NCBI GenBank assembly: GCA_036172245.1
Contig: JAYWIR010000006.1
Span: 186,001 to 250,000 of the forward strand
Direction of reading: 5' to 3'
Length of the DNA stretch: 64,000 bases
Source: Raillietiella orientalis
Taxonomy: Eukaryota
The translations under genes and the position numbers were made by a program. A model generated the notes under the pieces. That model was not told the origin of the DNA, made no database searches, and saw only the letters and a list, made by a program, of their open reading frames with translations. This document shows positions 13,240 through 26,500 of the stretch, one piece after another (within the stretch, counting starts at the first letter, position 1; each line of letters starts with the position of its first letter).

Positions 13240-14790
13240 TTCTGATTCAGGTCCAAATGCTGCTAAGAAATCCTCGGGACACCAAAAGAGGCACGCATGC
13301 CATCGTCGTCCATGGAAATCAGACATTGCCAACTCGTTTACTTTGTTTCAGTGGTCACTTGTATCCGCAGGAAGACGTGTGTGCACGAAATGGACGGACT
13401 TTCTTCACCTCTTCGATTGCTTCAACGTCCCCCTTTTTCCTTTTTTTTTTAAATTGTTTTCTCCATCGCGCGTTGTTGCTGACCCTGGGTAACCGTTTGC
13501 AACTTTCTCAACAGGAAAACCAGAATTCATGATTTTTGCACCCACATCACCGCTCAATTTCGCAGCCTCTGCTTGTCTTTCCGTCTATGGACGAGAAAGA
13601 CGCATGTCACATGGAGGCTGTGACAGCACGGCTACTCGGATCGGAGATCTCCGTTGAGACGGAGTGCAAGGCACTGCTGCAAGTGGTTCAGCAAGTGCAC
13701 TGGAACTTAGCTCTTCAGACGAGACAGGCAGGAAGAAGGCGTGGGAGAAAAGGACCTTTGGCAAAGGCGTGCCAGTCCTTAGGAGAGGTTTTCGAGCTTT
13801 GGAAAGTGGTCAACAAGGAGTCCAAATTCCAAACCGCGCACACTTTGTCGGTGGCGTGCCTATCGGTGGCACGCGTGATAAGAACGAATCGCCGTGCATT
13901 TTGAAAACACGCACGCCCGCGCGCATATGTGAACTCAAAAGAGATCGCAACCTCCGCAAAAACGGACCATTTGCCCGGAGGATGAAGGGTGAGCCTTGAC
14001 TCGAACAAAGGGCGAAATTGGAAGAGTTTCCGCATACTACCAGTTCTTTCACACGTGCTTCGGGTACACTCGGATGGGGATCGCTACGGACACCTTCTGG
14101 TTGCGAACTTTATTTTTCACAGCTTCGGGGAAGAGCAAGATCCAACATCTTGGTGGGCACCAGTTAGTGAATGCTTCAGCAAATGGAAACGTTCTGCTAC
14201 TTGTATTCTGCCACGTACGAAGATTAAATCCCTCAGGTGCGGAGCATGCCGGCGAACTCCACCTTGAACCCCAAAGTGAGGAGAGATGACGCAGAGAGCT
14301 CGGCACCTTCATGAGTTGTGCACATTGCATTTGACTATTGATCATCCACTTAAACTTCCTTCCAACTCCTGGAAGGCCTTCGTAATTCAAGGAACAAAAG
14401 GAAGGCAATTCGATAGTGCGCAGAGCAGTGTTTTTTTCCCTTTCCGTTTCGCAGTGGGAACAGCGCGAGCAAGTTGGGTACCCAGTCTGAGAGGCAGAAT
14501 TGGAAGATGTTTGGTGGCTTTGGAATTTTACGGCTGCTTTTCCAGAGCGCAGGGAGGGCGCATGGGCCATTTCTTTCGAAGAAGACTGCATCACGAGCAC
14601 CCACGTCCGTGTGCTTATGCTGGACAGCATCCAACTCTACTCGAGTATTTTTAAACTCTATGGAAACAACGGACGCGAGAAACTCAGCATCAGAGTACGT
14701 GCGATTCCATCGACAGACTTTTATCAAACAGTCTGCAAATAAATCTTCACTCCTGAAGTGCAATGGGGAGATGAGATACAGGTTCATTCC
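13240..14790 (-). mobile_element. Decayed piggyBac-like transposase
   Basis: Colinear remnants: SPLHF..LFADCLI…NRTY (~SPLxFF.LF.D….TNxY), RKLFQFRPLF (~KLxKIRPL), HPPGKWSVFAEVAISF (~PxxxLSIDExMIPF), RRWHACLFW..D (~KW..KLF..LLD). Multiple frameshifts. Confidence 0.55.
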
Positions 14791-15479
14791 TGGTGTATTG
14801 CATCTCAGGTAGAAACGATGGGAGTGCGTAAGCTTTATGCATGATTTTTGCGTGCAGCTGATGCTTTACTTATTTCGAGGCGCTTTTTTTTTTTTTTTTT
14901 GGCGAACTTCGGGATCAGTACTTTAGTCGTGTTTATGAGCATCTTTAATTTCAGGACACGATGGCGCGGTGGATTCAACCCCGTCAATGTCAGCTCGCGG
15001 AGGAAAATCAAATGGCAATTTAGTGAATCCTCGTTATTCCTAGTGATTACAGAAACGCTCTTAAGGGACGCCTTTTCACGCTTATGTCCACGCGCATCCA
15101 TTTAAGACAACTCTGCTGGCGAAACCACGGAATTCAGGAAACACTCTGTTGCCATCTCGGGGGCTGCAGAGTGGCACCGTCAAATCCTCCGTGTCCAGGA
15201 GTGACGAGGTCCTGCCTCGTCCCCTAAAAACACGAGGGTAACTCTGCAAGTGGTTCCGATCCGCATCTGTTTCTCCGACCGGAAACAATCAAAAAATGGC
15301 TGAGATTCCGTGAGCCGCACTCTCGGGCTGGTTGCTATGCGACGCGCCGTTCCGAACTCGCGTTCCAGTTTCGGGACGCCCCGCGAGATGTCACGAGCGC
15401 AGCTCCTGAGTAGCGCCTACATGCTGCGCAAGCTGAGTCCCTGTCCCCAACTGTGGGGGTAAACGGTAAGAACGGAGTG

Positions 15480-15730
15480 AAGCGGAACCTTCATGAACCT
15501 GTGGGAAAGGTTTGCGGAAACTGACTGTTGTCCAGGGAAGCTCATGGAAAACGCAAGGATTCTAGGCGACCTTCTAGGTCCTAGCGTTCGTGGGTCGCGG
15601 ACTTTGCTGGACCCAGTAGGTGAGGGAACAACAGCGAATTCCCACGGCGCAATAGCATTCCATTTCTTCGTATCGCGAGGATTTCGTAGGCACAAGAGTC
15701 GAGAGCTCCGAAGAGAACTTTGCCAAGGCC
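15480..15730 (+). mobile_element. Second piggyBac-like fragment, inverted relative to 13240-14790
   Basis: 15637-15695 aligns with the reverse complement of 13258-13320 (shared CGAGGATTTC; both give LRNPRDTK in the antisense frame). 15490-15540 aligns loosely with the reverse complement of 13480-13535. Confidence 0.4.
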
Positions 15731-17504
15731 TCTGCTTCTAGGTGGTAAGTGGTTAAGGAAAGGATGAGGGTTAAGCAGAAAGATGCGTAATTGTGAAAGA
15801 TTCTACGTCGAAGCTCAACTTCGAAACGATTTTTTCCTCAGAGTGTGAAAAGTGGACCCAGGAGCCTTGAGTGATCTTAGTTTCTTTTAGAGAATGCTTC
15901 TTTCATGGGGATCCCGAGTTTGAGAAGCTTCACTGAAAACAAATTCTCCAGAAGCGCTTTCCAACTTTTGTGGTGGTTGGGAATTTGCTGAAGAATAAGT
16001 AAGGCGGCAGGACACAGGAGAACAGCTGCATTCTGATTAAGGGAACTCACTTGAGAGAGTGAAAGAGGATGGAACAGTGCCGTGGGGAATTCTTTTTTCC
16101 TATCTTCGAGGATCAGTGGGAGGATTTTGATTTTTCACAGACTAATGGCAAATCACTTTGTGTGCGACAGAAGAAATTTAGAATAGAATTAGCTAATAAG
16201 CAGTTTCCGAAAGAAACAAGCAACGAGGTTCCTCTGTCCCATGTACATGAAATCAACCTCAGCTTTCTTCTAGAACCACAAATATCCTTCGGACCCATGC
16301 ATCAGCATTGTCTGCTTTCATTCGTGATAAAACCGGGCCCGTTTTCCCTGAGTTTCAGAAAATCTGAGGCATCAGCAGAGTACGTTGCATTCCTGAAGAA
16401 ACTTTCGCGCTTTTCTGTTTCTACCTTGGATTGAACGTTATTTTCATGATCACCAGCGTGCGCCTTGTTAAGGATGCAAAAATCTTTTGGGTCAGCGATG
16501 ATGTTATGCGCAACGACATTAAAGATGACATTTCAGGAAGCAATCGCAAAGCATACTCCATCTTCTGGAACGAGGATGGAATCATTTTCAGGGGGTGCAC
16601 ATTTCCAGTTCCCCAAAAATCGACAGTAGTGAAGGAAACGTGTTTCAAGAAGCCGAAGACTTTCGATCTATTTCCTACCCGAACTATAAAAAAGGGCAGT
16701 CTATAGATTCGGAGTTTTTAATTCATGATGATTACAAAAAACGTGTTTTTGAAAAAGCAGACAATATATCTAGCAAAAAAAACAGGTGATCACTTTTGAA
16801 AGTGCACGAGGCCTCCAGTCATATTTTGTCTTTGAAGTGAAAGATCTGAGCAGCCAGGTTCCCTTCAGAAAACTTGTTTTGCAGGTTATCCGTGCCCTCA
16901 TGAGGAAATTTCTCAGAAAAGGAATTTCAACAATCTTTCTGGATGCTTTCAAGAGATGGCAGGTTCTTTGAACTTCGTTCTTTGAACAAGAGTTCCTTTA
17001 GAAAGCCCAAATATTTAGAAAGATCCCACGCATAGCTCATAGTATTTCATTTCAAGAGATCTGAAATGGAACAAATAGTTCCTCCAAGATAGAAGAAGGA
17101 CTTTCAAATGTGAAGGTTCTTGATGTCTCTTCGAAAAAAAAAAAAAGATTCCCCAGTAACTACTGTACACAAGTAGCAATAATTGCATGCAGTTGAATTT
17201 TTACACCGAAGCCAGCCATTGGCGGTTGCACGCACTTGCTGGCTGCTTGCTGGTTGATTACAACTCTTTCATTCTCTTTCAACAGATTGGAATATGGTGT
17301 GGTGCAAGAACGGTCCATGATTCTTTTATGTCCATGTTTCTAGTTCGTCTGGAGATCTGAAGTGAGCCGAGAGATGGTTCAAAATAACCGAAGTTGATTT
17401 GAAAGCAGAGAAGAACAGCATGTTTATTTGAAAGCAGAAATCATTCGATACTTTAATCAGGGCTGGTTGCTACATATTAAAGGACACCTGATGCTTTTTG
17501 AACA

Positions 17505-20500
17505 CTATCTTGTCAAACAGAGCCTGCTGAGCGTCAAGGTCCAAAGATATATGAGAAGAACCGAGGTGTATACGGCAATAGCTGCAGATACGTAATCGTC
17601 AGGACCATATTCCGCTTTCCTGCCTCCCACAATCATCTGGATGTGGTTCATGAGAATCTAAAATTCATACGTATGATGCATACCCGACATCAGATTTAGT
17701 AAGAAATTGTGGTCGTTTTCAAAACTAAAAGTCAGATGAGCAGAGCGATGTTTGGTTTGAGAAAGCCAAAACAGATTTTCCGGAGATACGCACATATCGG
17801 TGTACTAGATACTTTCGGTATTGGGGTATGATCGTATCGGAAGGCTTAGAGCCATGTTGTTTTCGTGTCCCAATTGATAGTTTCGCGTCAACCTACTATT
17901 ACGGCATTTTCATCATATTTCTGATCATCATCACGAAATGTGTCACGAAATGATAGCATTCCAGACAATGAGAAGAACACGAATTTTTCTTTCAAAAAGA
18001 GATGGAAGTCATTAGTCATAAGCCGTGTAATAGACATACTGATTTGGAATGGAGTAAGCACTTACTCCTGGAACACATCATAATAGAATGTTTGAAATCC
18101 AAATCTCTCCGACAAAAGACCTATTCTAAGAAGCAGATAAACTGGGAACATGTCTCCAGAAAGCCCACCGAATGGCAGACATCCTCTAGACTCGCGTTGA
18201 GCATAGATTCACTTCCACAATGTACCACTTCTCCTTCCTATGGAAAATTTCCTCAAAGCATTGTTTTAACGCAAAACGCCAGTATGAGAAGAAAAAACAG
18301 CTCCTGCTAAAGGCTGCTCATCAATAAACTACCATGTCGGAGGTAAATTTGCTACATCGGATTTAAACGTATAGGATGATGCTAGATTGCCTAGAACTTG
18401 CAAAATAGCAAAAGCCAGAAAAAAAAACTGATCAGAGGATATGGCCCACAACAACGCTTTTCAGAAAGCATGCTGATATTGTAGAACCAGCTCATGATGA
18501 AATGATGCTGCAATTGTTCTTCATGTGAAGTCCCCGAGCCATTCGAAAAGCTAATGCTTTACAGCCTACTTCTTGAACCATGTCGTAAACCAGCGGTGAC
18601 ACCTGTAAGGGCGTCTTCATCTACGAAACGAAGAACGCTTTCAGCTTCTTGACAACTTCCACAAAGCTCTCTCTCCATGGGAATGCCCTTGAACACATAG
18701 ACGTTGCATCCTGAAGGTACTAACTGCTGTAGGGAAAGATGCTCAAGAGCTTAAGAATGAACCATTTACTGGCAATGAGAAGATTGTCTCTCTATCCCTG
18801 GTGGTCTAAGAATTTTCTCTCAGCTATCGCAAGTTGACTGGTTGCAAGCACGAAGCGAATAAATGAGTACAGGTTTTGGCTCCTGAATGTTGGAAACAAC
18901 TGGCTGTAAGTCCCATCAAGAAAATTCGCAGGAGATTCAGATTCACGGAAGCAGGTACGTAGCATTAGGGAAGTGGGGGATAAATCATTTTCATACAAGA
19001 ATGCTATACTCGCAAAATACTAATCTAAAGTTCTTAGTTGGGGGGGAATGCTCTTGTGAATCTGTATTTAAAAACAAAAGACAAATCAACACAATTTATA
19101 AGAATAAATATAGATCAGCAGTTTTTAGGCAATTGCAAAGTAAACACTGAAAGTTCAGAGATGGTGCCTATTCATCAATAGGGTCAACAAAAAAGAAATG
19201 ATTCCAGAGGCTCTTCTCAAAGCGTTTGACAACCTGCTGCATATCTTCACATAGAGATGATTCATAAGAATACCTTTAAAGAATAATTTCGGAAGTTTGA
19301 ACGAACGATAGCTGTGTTTTAACGTCAATCTGTAGAAAACACGACAACATTAGCTTTTTGTGTCAAGCTTAGATTTGTCCATGATTTCGAAATCAACTGC
19401 GCATCCTGCAACAGCTGATTTTGTAAGGGAGGGGGAAACATGGGAACTTTTCTCGTTTCTCTGTCATCTCCCTTCAGTACACAAAGTGCTGAGAACGTCA
19501 ACAAATCGATAACCTGCAATTCAACCCGCAGTGCTGCTCGCTGCATTGCTTTTCACGTGTTTGCTACAAGAGTCCGAGCATCCTTGACTCCTTCCACTTG
19601 ATTTCTCAGTTCCACAAAAGTTACAGAGTTCACAAAGTTCATAACTGTGAATGCAATGCACGCCATTGTTCATGCATGGGGGTTCAGCGACTCATCAACA
19701 CTATCAGGCTTGTTTACCATTATTCGATCCAACTTTACTCTTGAGAACTGGCTTTTGATACACAGCAATGACAGTATTTCTTAACCGTCATTTCCACACT
19801 CCTTATTTAACCTCCTTAGTTCGGTTTTCTCCTTACCGTCATCAAGCACTTTTAGATCATTGCTTCTGATTTAGGAGTTGAACAATGGGGAAAAGACAAA
19901 AAAAAAAACCTTTTTACTTTCGATAATGGAGCTGCTGCTTCTGTCTTCAAAATTCATGCAAATGTCTTTCTGATTTGCTTCTTTGCTAACACCTACTATT
20001 GGTTTCATCTGATTCTGATGTTCTCTAAGTGAAATCCACCTTTTTCATATTGCAGACATACCCTACTGTTATTGGGCACTATTTCAAACTCTCCTAGAGT
20101 ATTATTCATCTCTTTAGCGATCGGTAGTCTAGCCAACCAAACGTTTCTGGGAGATCGGTTTGCTAAGCCAGAGGTGAGTAGGAATTCACGACGTACTATA
20201 TGTTTTTTGTGATCGACATGGAGAAGCTGTGGAGGTCTACTGTTTTCCATGTGCAAAGCTGTTATGAATCTGCAACAACAAAAGAGCTAAATTGCCAAAA
20301 AGCTGGGACGAGCCGAGTCTAAAGCTAAGAGTCTGCCATTTGTTTTGAGTTGGTATGGATCATGACATTCACATTTGGATTATGAAAAAAACCAGCACTG
20401 CGATAAGAACGCCATTTCCTATTTGTTCTCATTTGCGCCTTGTGAAATATATTGGGAAAATGGTACCAAGTAAACTTCTTGGAGCTTCTCGATTGCGTGA

Positions 20501-23500
20501 CTCCCAATGCGGTGAAACGCCTTTCCACAAAAAAATCGCGGGTGAATATGAATGATCATCGATATCGCAGGACCTGGTGATCGATGGATACATAATTAAT
20601 TTTCCCATCGCAGCTTCTATGCATGAATACTGCCTATGCAATGCGGAAGCTCATAACGAGAATTGGTTACATTGAAAATACTGAATTCACTTTCAATCAT
20701 CAAAAATCACTGCAGACTTCAATAGGATTTTGGAGCTTCTTTGATTGATACTGCTTGATTTTCACGCTTAAAGCGTTGAGTGACAAAGAAGTATTGATAA
20801 TACTTAGTTGGTACCGATTTGTTCGACACTTTATATTCAGCTTGCTTTTCAATATAAATAGGCTATACTCAAGAAATGTATACATCTTTTTGTTCAGCTG
20901 CATGTGTGTTTACGAAGCAAATAACAAATGTGAATGTTCGAATGTGTTCGAATTCCTCTTGAAGAGATTCCTTCTTTAATGATTGGTATAGGACTTGTCA
21001 TCAGCGATTAGGAATGTATCCTTTAGATTTATCCTTCAAATTGCAGGCTTTTCTTCATTCGTATGTTGATTCTTAGGGAATTTTGGTGCACGTGTATGTA
21101 TCTATCGTTCGTAACACTTCACTTGAGAGTCGCTTCCTGAGACCGCAAAAGGAAGCCAGCGAAGGACGCAGTATCCCGGCAAATATGCGAAACTGGAGAG
21201 AGTCACTCATTCCTGAGGCCTCTCTCGTTTTCATTCACCCCCATTGTGGTCCAGTTTTCTCACAGCAGGCTGAAGAGAAATATGGTTATGCTGATTTTGC
21301 AAATCTTGGTTTTGCGCGATTCACAGGTCTCTTAAAAGATCTCTTAAAAGTTCTTCGGTGGAGCCCCATCACATGTCCAACGTCGAATTGGTTTCCATTT
21401 CCAATTTGTTTCGTCCATGCCTTTGCGCTTTATACACAGGTTCGAATAGGAATCGAAAATCCTCTCTCGATGCTCCCTTATCAAGAGAATGAGTGCAATT
21501 TCAATGATGCATGTCATTCTCAGAAATTGAGCGGTTGTTTAACATACTAAACAACCACTCAATTTGTGCGAATTCTAGAAGCATTCTTATAAATTTTATA
21601 AACATCACACTTGCATGTGGTTCTACATATTTCGGCAATTTTCAATTCGTGGACCAAAGAGCGAGTTCTGGTTTCCACTTCAGACTATCCAGTCCCTACT
21701 GTGATCCGAGTTTGAAAGGTAATTTGAAGTTACGTGACAAGCATTCAGTACTTTTTATGTCAACCAAGAATTTTAGCCAAACTTCAGAGAAAGTCGCTCC
21801 AGATTTCTCGAAATTTGATTACTTTTACGTGGGAAACCATAGTGTTTTCACCTTCATGTTCGCATTCGATGGACACGAAAAATCTTTATAATTTCCGGCT
21901 TCAGCAGGGAATTTCAGTCTGGTATCGTTCGATTCAGTCAGAGGTTCTGGATTTTGAATCTAAGCTTTCCATTTTTGCAGTAATGGAAATAAGTATTTTT
22001 AAGGTGGTCATATCTCTATCGCTCAACTCATTATCTCAGCGCGAGTTTTTTCTTGATGTTGTTGCTCATTTTTTTCAAGTTTAAGGTACATTTTCGGAAT
22101 GATACTCATTTTTCCTGAGAAAAACTGAGAAGCAAACGATGAAGGGATTTGAAATTAGAGAGCTTCTATCCTCGAAGACATGTCGCTTGCAACTTTTGAC
22201 GACAGACAATGTGCCTTTGCTGAATGGTTGCAAAAATCAAAGAAGCTGGCTTGTTTTAAGGATCATTTCGGGACTTTACATAAGCCAGTTCCTCCTCCTC
22301 CTTTTTCTTTTTCTTTTTTAAAGATAAATACATGAACATTATTACGCACAATAATTCTGTAATAAAATTCTGCCAATATTACGGAATTCTGCTGTGTGAA
22401 GAAAGGTATGAATGAAACATGCAAAAATTTACCACACAAAATATGACTACAAATATCGCAGCGAGTATCATGTGCCAATAGGGAATGTATGCAGCCATTA
22501 AAGGAGTAATGATGAGGAACAGTAGCATCACCAAGATAATAATGAGCAGAGCTGCTGTCCACTTAGTGATATCAACCTAGAAAGGAAAAAAGACAAATAA
22601 GAAAAATGGATGTGCAATAAAAAATATGTATTAGACGACACACTGAATAATTTTCTCCTTAAAATAAAAGGATGTTTATATCTTAGACCAAGTTGCAGTT
22701 GAGCTGTAAGAGATCAGTCATCCTGAGAGAAGATTCCCAGTTATGCCAAGGGGGGAGTGATGAGATGAAGAACTTTTAGGGGGACTACAATCATTCCAAG
22801 AAACTATCCGTGAAACGGAATTGAAACAAAATTACGTTAACTTTCAATGAGTGATGCTTTTCTCGTGATGGAAAGAGGGAAAAGTCTTCAAGCTTCCTCG
22901 CAGAGGTTTGCAAAATCAGAAGGAGGAATAGGCTTTTATTAAAATTAGAGGAAATCTGTCTCGAAACCTTTGAATGAGTATGTATTGGTGGAGGTAATCA
23001 CTTGCCGTATGTGGTTGTTTGCATACACTTTTCCTGTCCCTAAGTAACGTACTAGGAGTATAATAGGAGCTGAGTGGCAGGTACCTGGTCTCAGTCTCCG
23101 AAACACATTTAAAGTATCCAGTGTTTGAGTGATGATAAGCTGTAAAGAGTGAAAAACTACAAGTAATATAACCTATGTTTCTCGTGTGTTTTTGGATTCA
23201 CATGATCTTGGGAAGAAGGTTTTCTCACCTAGAATTTTCATCAATGGAGGTCTAAAATTAGAGGAATTGGAGTTGGAATTTGCCCTCTGTTTACTATCTT
23301 GGCTGATAACGCACGTAAGAATTTTGTAAAGAAAGGTAATGCACGACAGAGCGTGATGATAGCATCGTCCAAGAAAAAGGCATGAGACGCATTCCTGCTG
23401 AGAGGGTTAATGAGCAGACCAAGGAAAGATTCATAAAGATTTTTTAATTTTGAAAAGTGGACCTCTTTTCAAGTTGATCTTAAGTTTCTAAAACCTAGTC

Positions 23501-26500
23501 CACTGAAACTAACAGCTCAACATTCAGAATCCCAACGAACTATTGATGCTTATTCAAAAGGAGATGCTTATTAAACGGTTTCATCGCAAGGATGTGTTTT
23601 CCTACTCATTGCACACAGATTTACCATGTGTAAGTCATGTGTTCCCAAATTTGTAGCTACATGATGGATCTCGTGAATCTCAGTAATTCCTCAGCTCAAC
23701 CTATTTCAATGCTAATTTTCCAGAACGAAAAGTTTGATTCGGGCTAGAGATGGTGAAATTTCTCCATGAAGTGAGTTGGAAACCATCGGACTCGTGGACC
23801 AGTTGGTTAATAATGTTTATCAGGAAAATGAATAACACTGAATAGCAAAGAAAATGCCTTGTGAACTCCTGTGAAAGAGAAAGAAGAAATTCTCACACGT
23901 CTATATTTCAGTGCTTTCATGAGTATTAATGGAAGAAGAGAAATACAATCCTTAATTGCTGTTGTTAGGTGCTACAGAGTTCCAGTGCATGTATGCTGCG
24001 AAAAGAGTAGGTAAAATACCATACAAATCAAGCGTCTCACTTTTTGATGGTGTTGTAACATTTCTTCCAGAGACCTTCTCAGCTGAACGAAACCCAGAAT
24101 CGAACGTTGTATTACCATTTTTCAGAAGTTCCAAGTGTACTAGAAACTTTGCCTTAAACTCCTCATTCCAACTTCGCCAGCATGCCTTACACTCCGTTAA
24201 AAAAGCATCGCTCACGATACGGTAACATTCACGTGTAATTCCCATTAGAAGATAGCAATTGTCCACCAAGCCAAAAATGTGGGCAAAAACAAATCCAGAA
24301 AAGTCCAGATAAAATGATAACACTTTTATGAAAGCGCATCCAGAGAAATTTCTTGTGCCGAGGAATTTTGCGAACAAAACTTATCACTCAAGGAAAAACA
24401 ATAACAACAACAACAACAAAAACACCCCCGGACAGCGGACTATGCTCTTGGAACAGTTTTAAACTGATCTTAATCCTAATGCAATCCGGTGTGCAGATGT
24501 GTGTGCAAGCGGTGTGCAATCTTAATGCTTCCGTGAATGTAGCGCAGCTGACATATGCAGATGCAAGCGATTTTCTCATTTTCTCAATAAATCTACGCTG
24601 GCCAAAAAGGTGTGTCATGAAATGAATGTGTAATCAGAGAGCAAAGTTGATGAAACGAATAACCTTAACGAATACAACTTTTACTGCGCCGTTTCCGACA
24701 ACGTATCTCTCGCCTGGAACCAGTTTGCGAAGAGTTGTTGTTTAGAGAGTTTTTACCGAAGACACCTTCTTGAGTTGTTCCGCCATTCTGTCGAAATATC
24801 GAAAATCTAGACTTTTGAAGGAAAAGGGACAAAAATTGTACCAAGGGAACGCGACACATGCAAAAAGGGAACTTTTTGCACGTGTCGCGTGTCATATGGA
24901 GGGAACTTCTGAAGAACATCGGAAATGATTGCAAAGTTCTAAGGTTTCTGAAGTTGATGCCAGCATTGAGCTTCATTTCAAAACTATGCAATAGATAAGT
25001 GCATATGCATTCTTCTGATGTTCAGTTCAATCTTGAATATTTCTCACCTTTGTTTGGATGGCGATGCAGATGACAGCCAAGCACGTTAAGGTTGTGACAC
25101 CGAAGGCTACAAGGACTACGTGACTATTGGTATATGCGCTTATGATCCCTACGCTCCAAGTCACCAAAAGTACCTGGAAAAATTTACACACTTTACTCGA
25201 AAGAATATGCTTCCTGAGCGTTTGACATCATGCAGCTGAAATGGGATGCTTTCATTAGTGGAAAGTGTTTTTCGAAGTAGATATGCAGAACGAGGAAATC
25301 TGGGAAATGGGTTTTCTATAGGATGGCCAACAAAAGTATGGGAGGATAGTTTTTGCAAACAGGTCAATTTACCAAGGAAATGAGTTCCGTTTGATCATAT
25401 TCAAGGCATTAAGTCAGAAGCTGAGGATGAAAGCAGTTGTTAACCCCGAGTAGTTTTGCTGAAGGACGAAGCGGAAAGTCAGCGAGAGGACGCCCACTCT
25501 AATTTTCGGTATTAGAGATACAGCATCTTGTACGTTTCATATCTTGCTGTTTCGAGATTGCCAGAAATTAGGGAGAACACAAGCATTAATACTGGTTGTC
25601 AGCAAAGAGTGCAAGCAAGGCAAACAACAAAAATGAATCAAATCTCTTTTCTTACTGAAGCTCTGTGTGCAAAAGGAGGAAAAAAAATAAAACATTGAGT
25701 TGAAAATGCAGCTGAAAGACAGCTTTGATGATCTTCGATAATGTTCCTGTAAAGCAAGCACTCTACAAACAAAGTCTATCTAATTAAGGAATGCCTATAG
25801 AAATTTCTCAACTCACGTAGCAAGTGTACAGGATGATGTTCACGGGAAATTTCTTTCGAGCGGCTTCAATGCATGATATCATTAGGCTGATACCCAAGGC
25901 AAGTATGCTAGAATGAGTCCATAATTATGAGTTACCAAAGAAGAGTGTGTACTCACATAGTGATATAGAAACTGTAGAAATGCTTTTTGCAAAATCTCTG
26001 GACTTCTTCGCTGATACGATTGGAAGTTCTCTGCTTTGATTATTAGTTTAGGGTACTCACACAAAGATAGTTGTCGCTATCCAACCAGAAGTGAATAATA
26101 AACTAAGAACAAGAATGGTAAACACCTTTTGTATGAATTGGTGTTTAATTTTTATGCTTTCAAACGGATTTTCCACGTTTTCAACGTTCTCCATGGGAAT
26201 CACTGTGAGTGGAGGTTGCACATAATTTTGGTTGTACTAGGAATACGTGCAATTGCATATCAGAAATCCAATAAATAACCATCAGTGATGCATGCTTGCT
26301 ATCAATACATACATCAGTTTTAATGAACAGATGCTCAAATATTCATACTGTGTAAATTAACATATGCAAATTATCAAAAAAAAAAAAAAAAAATCGAAAA
26401 TGGAAATGGTTAAAATTCAAACGGTGCGAATGAAATGAAGCTAAGTAACAGGATGAATATTCTAAACTCCCAGAGAATATGCTCTAAATAATTTTATTTT

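Noticed and set aside
20057..20173. Plus-strand exon-like segment (TTGCAG…GTGAGT) inside a TMBIM intron
   Set aside because: One frame is open, but no neighbouring exons or recognisable protein were found.
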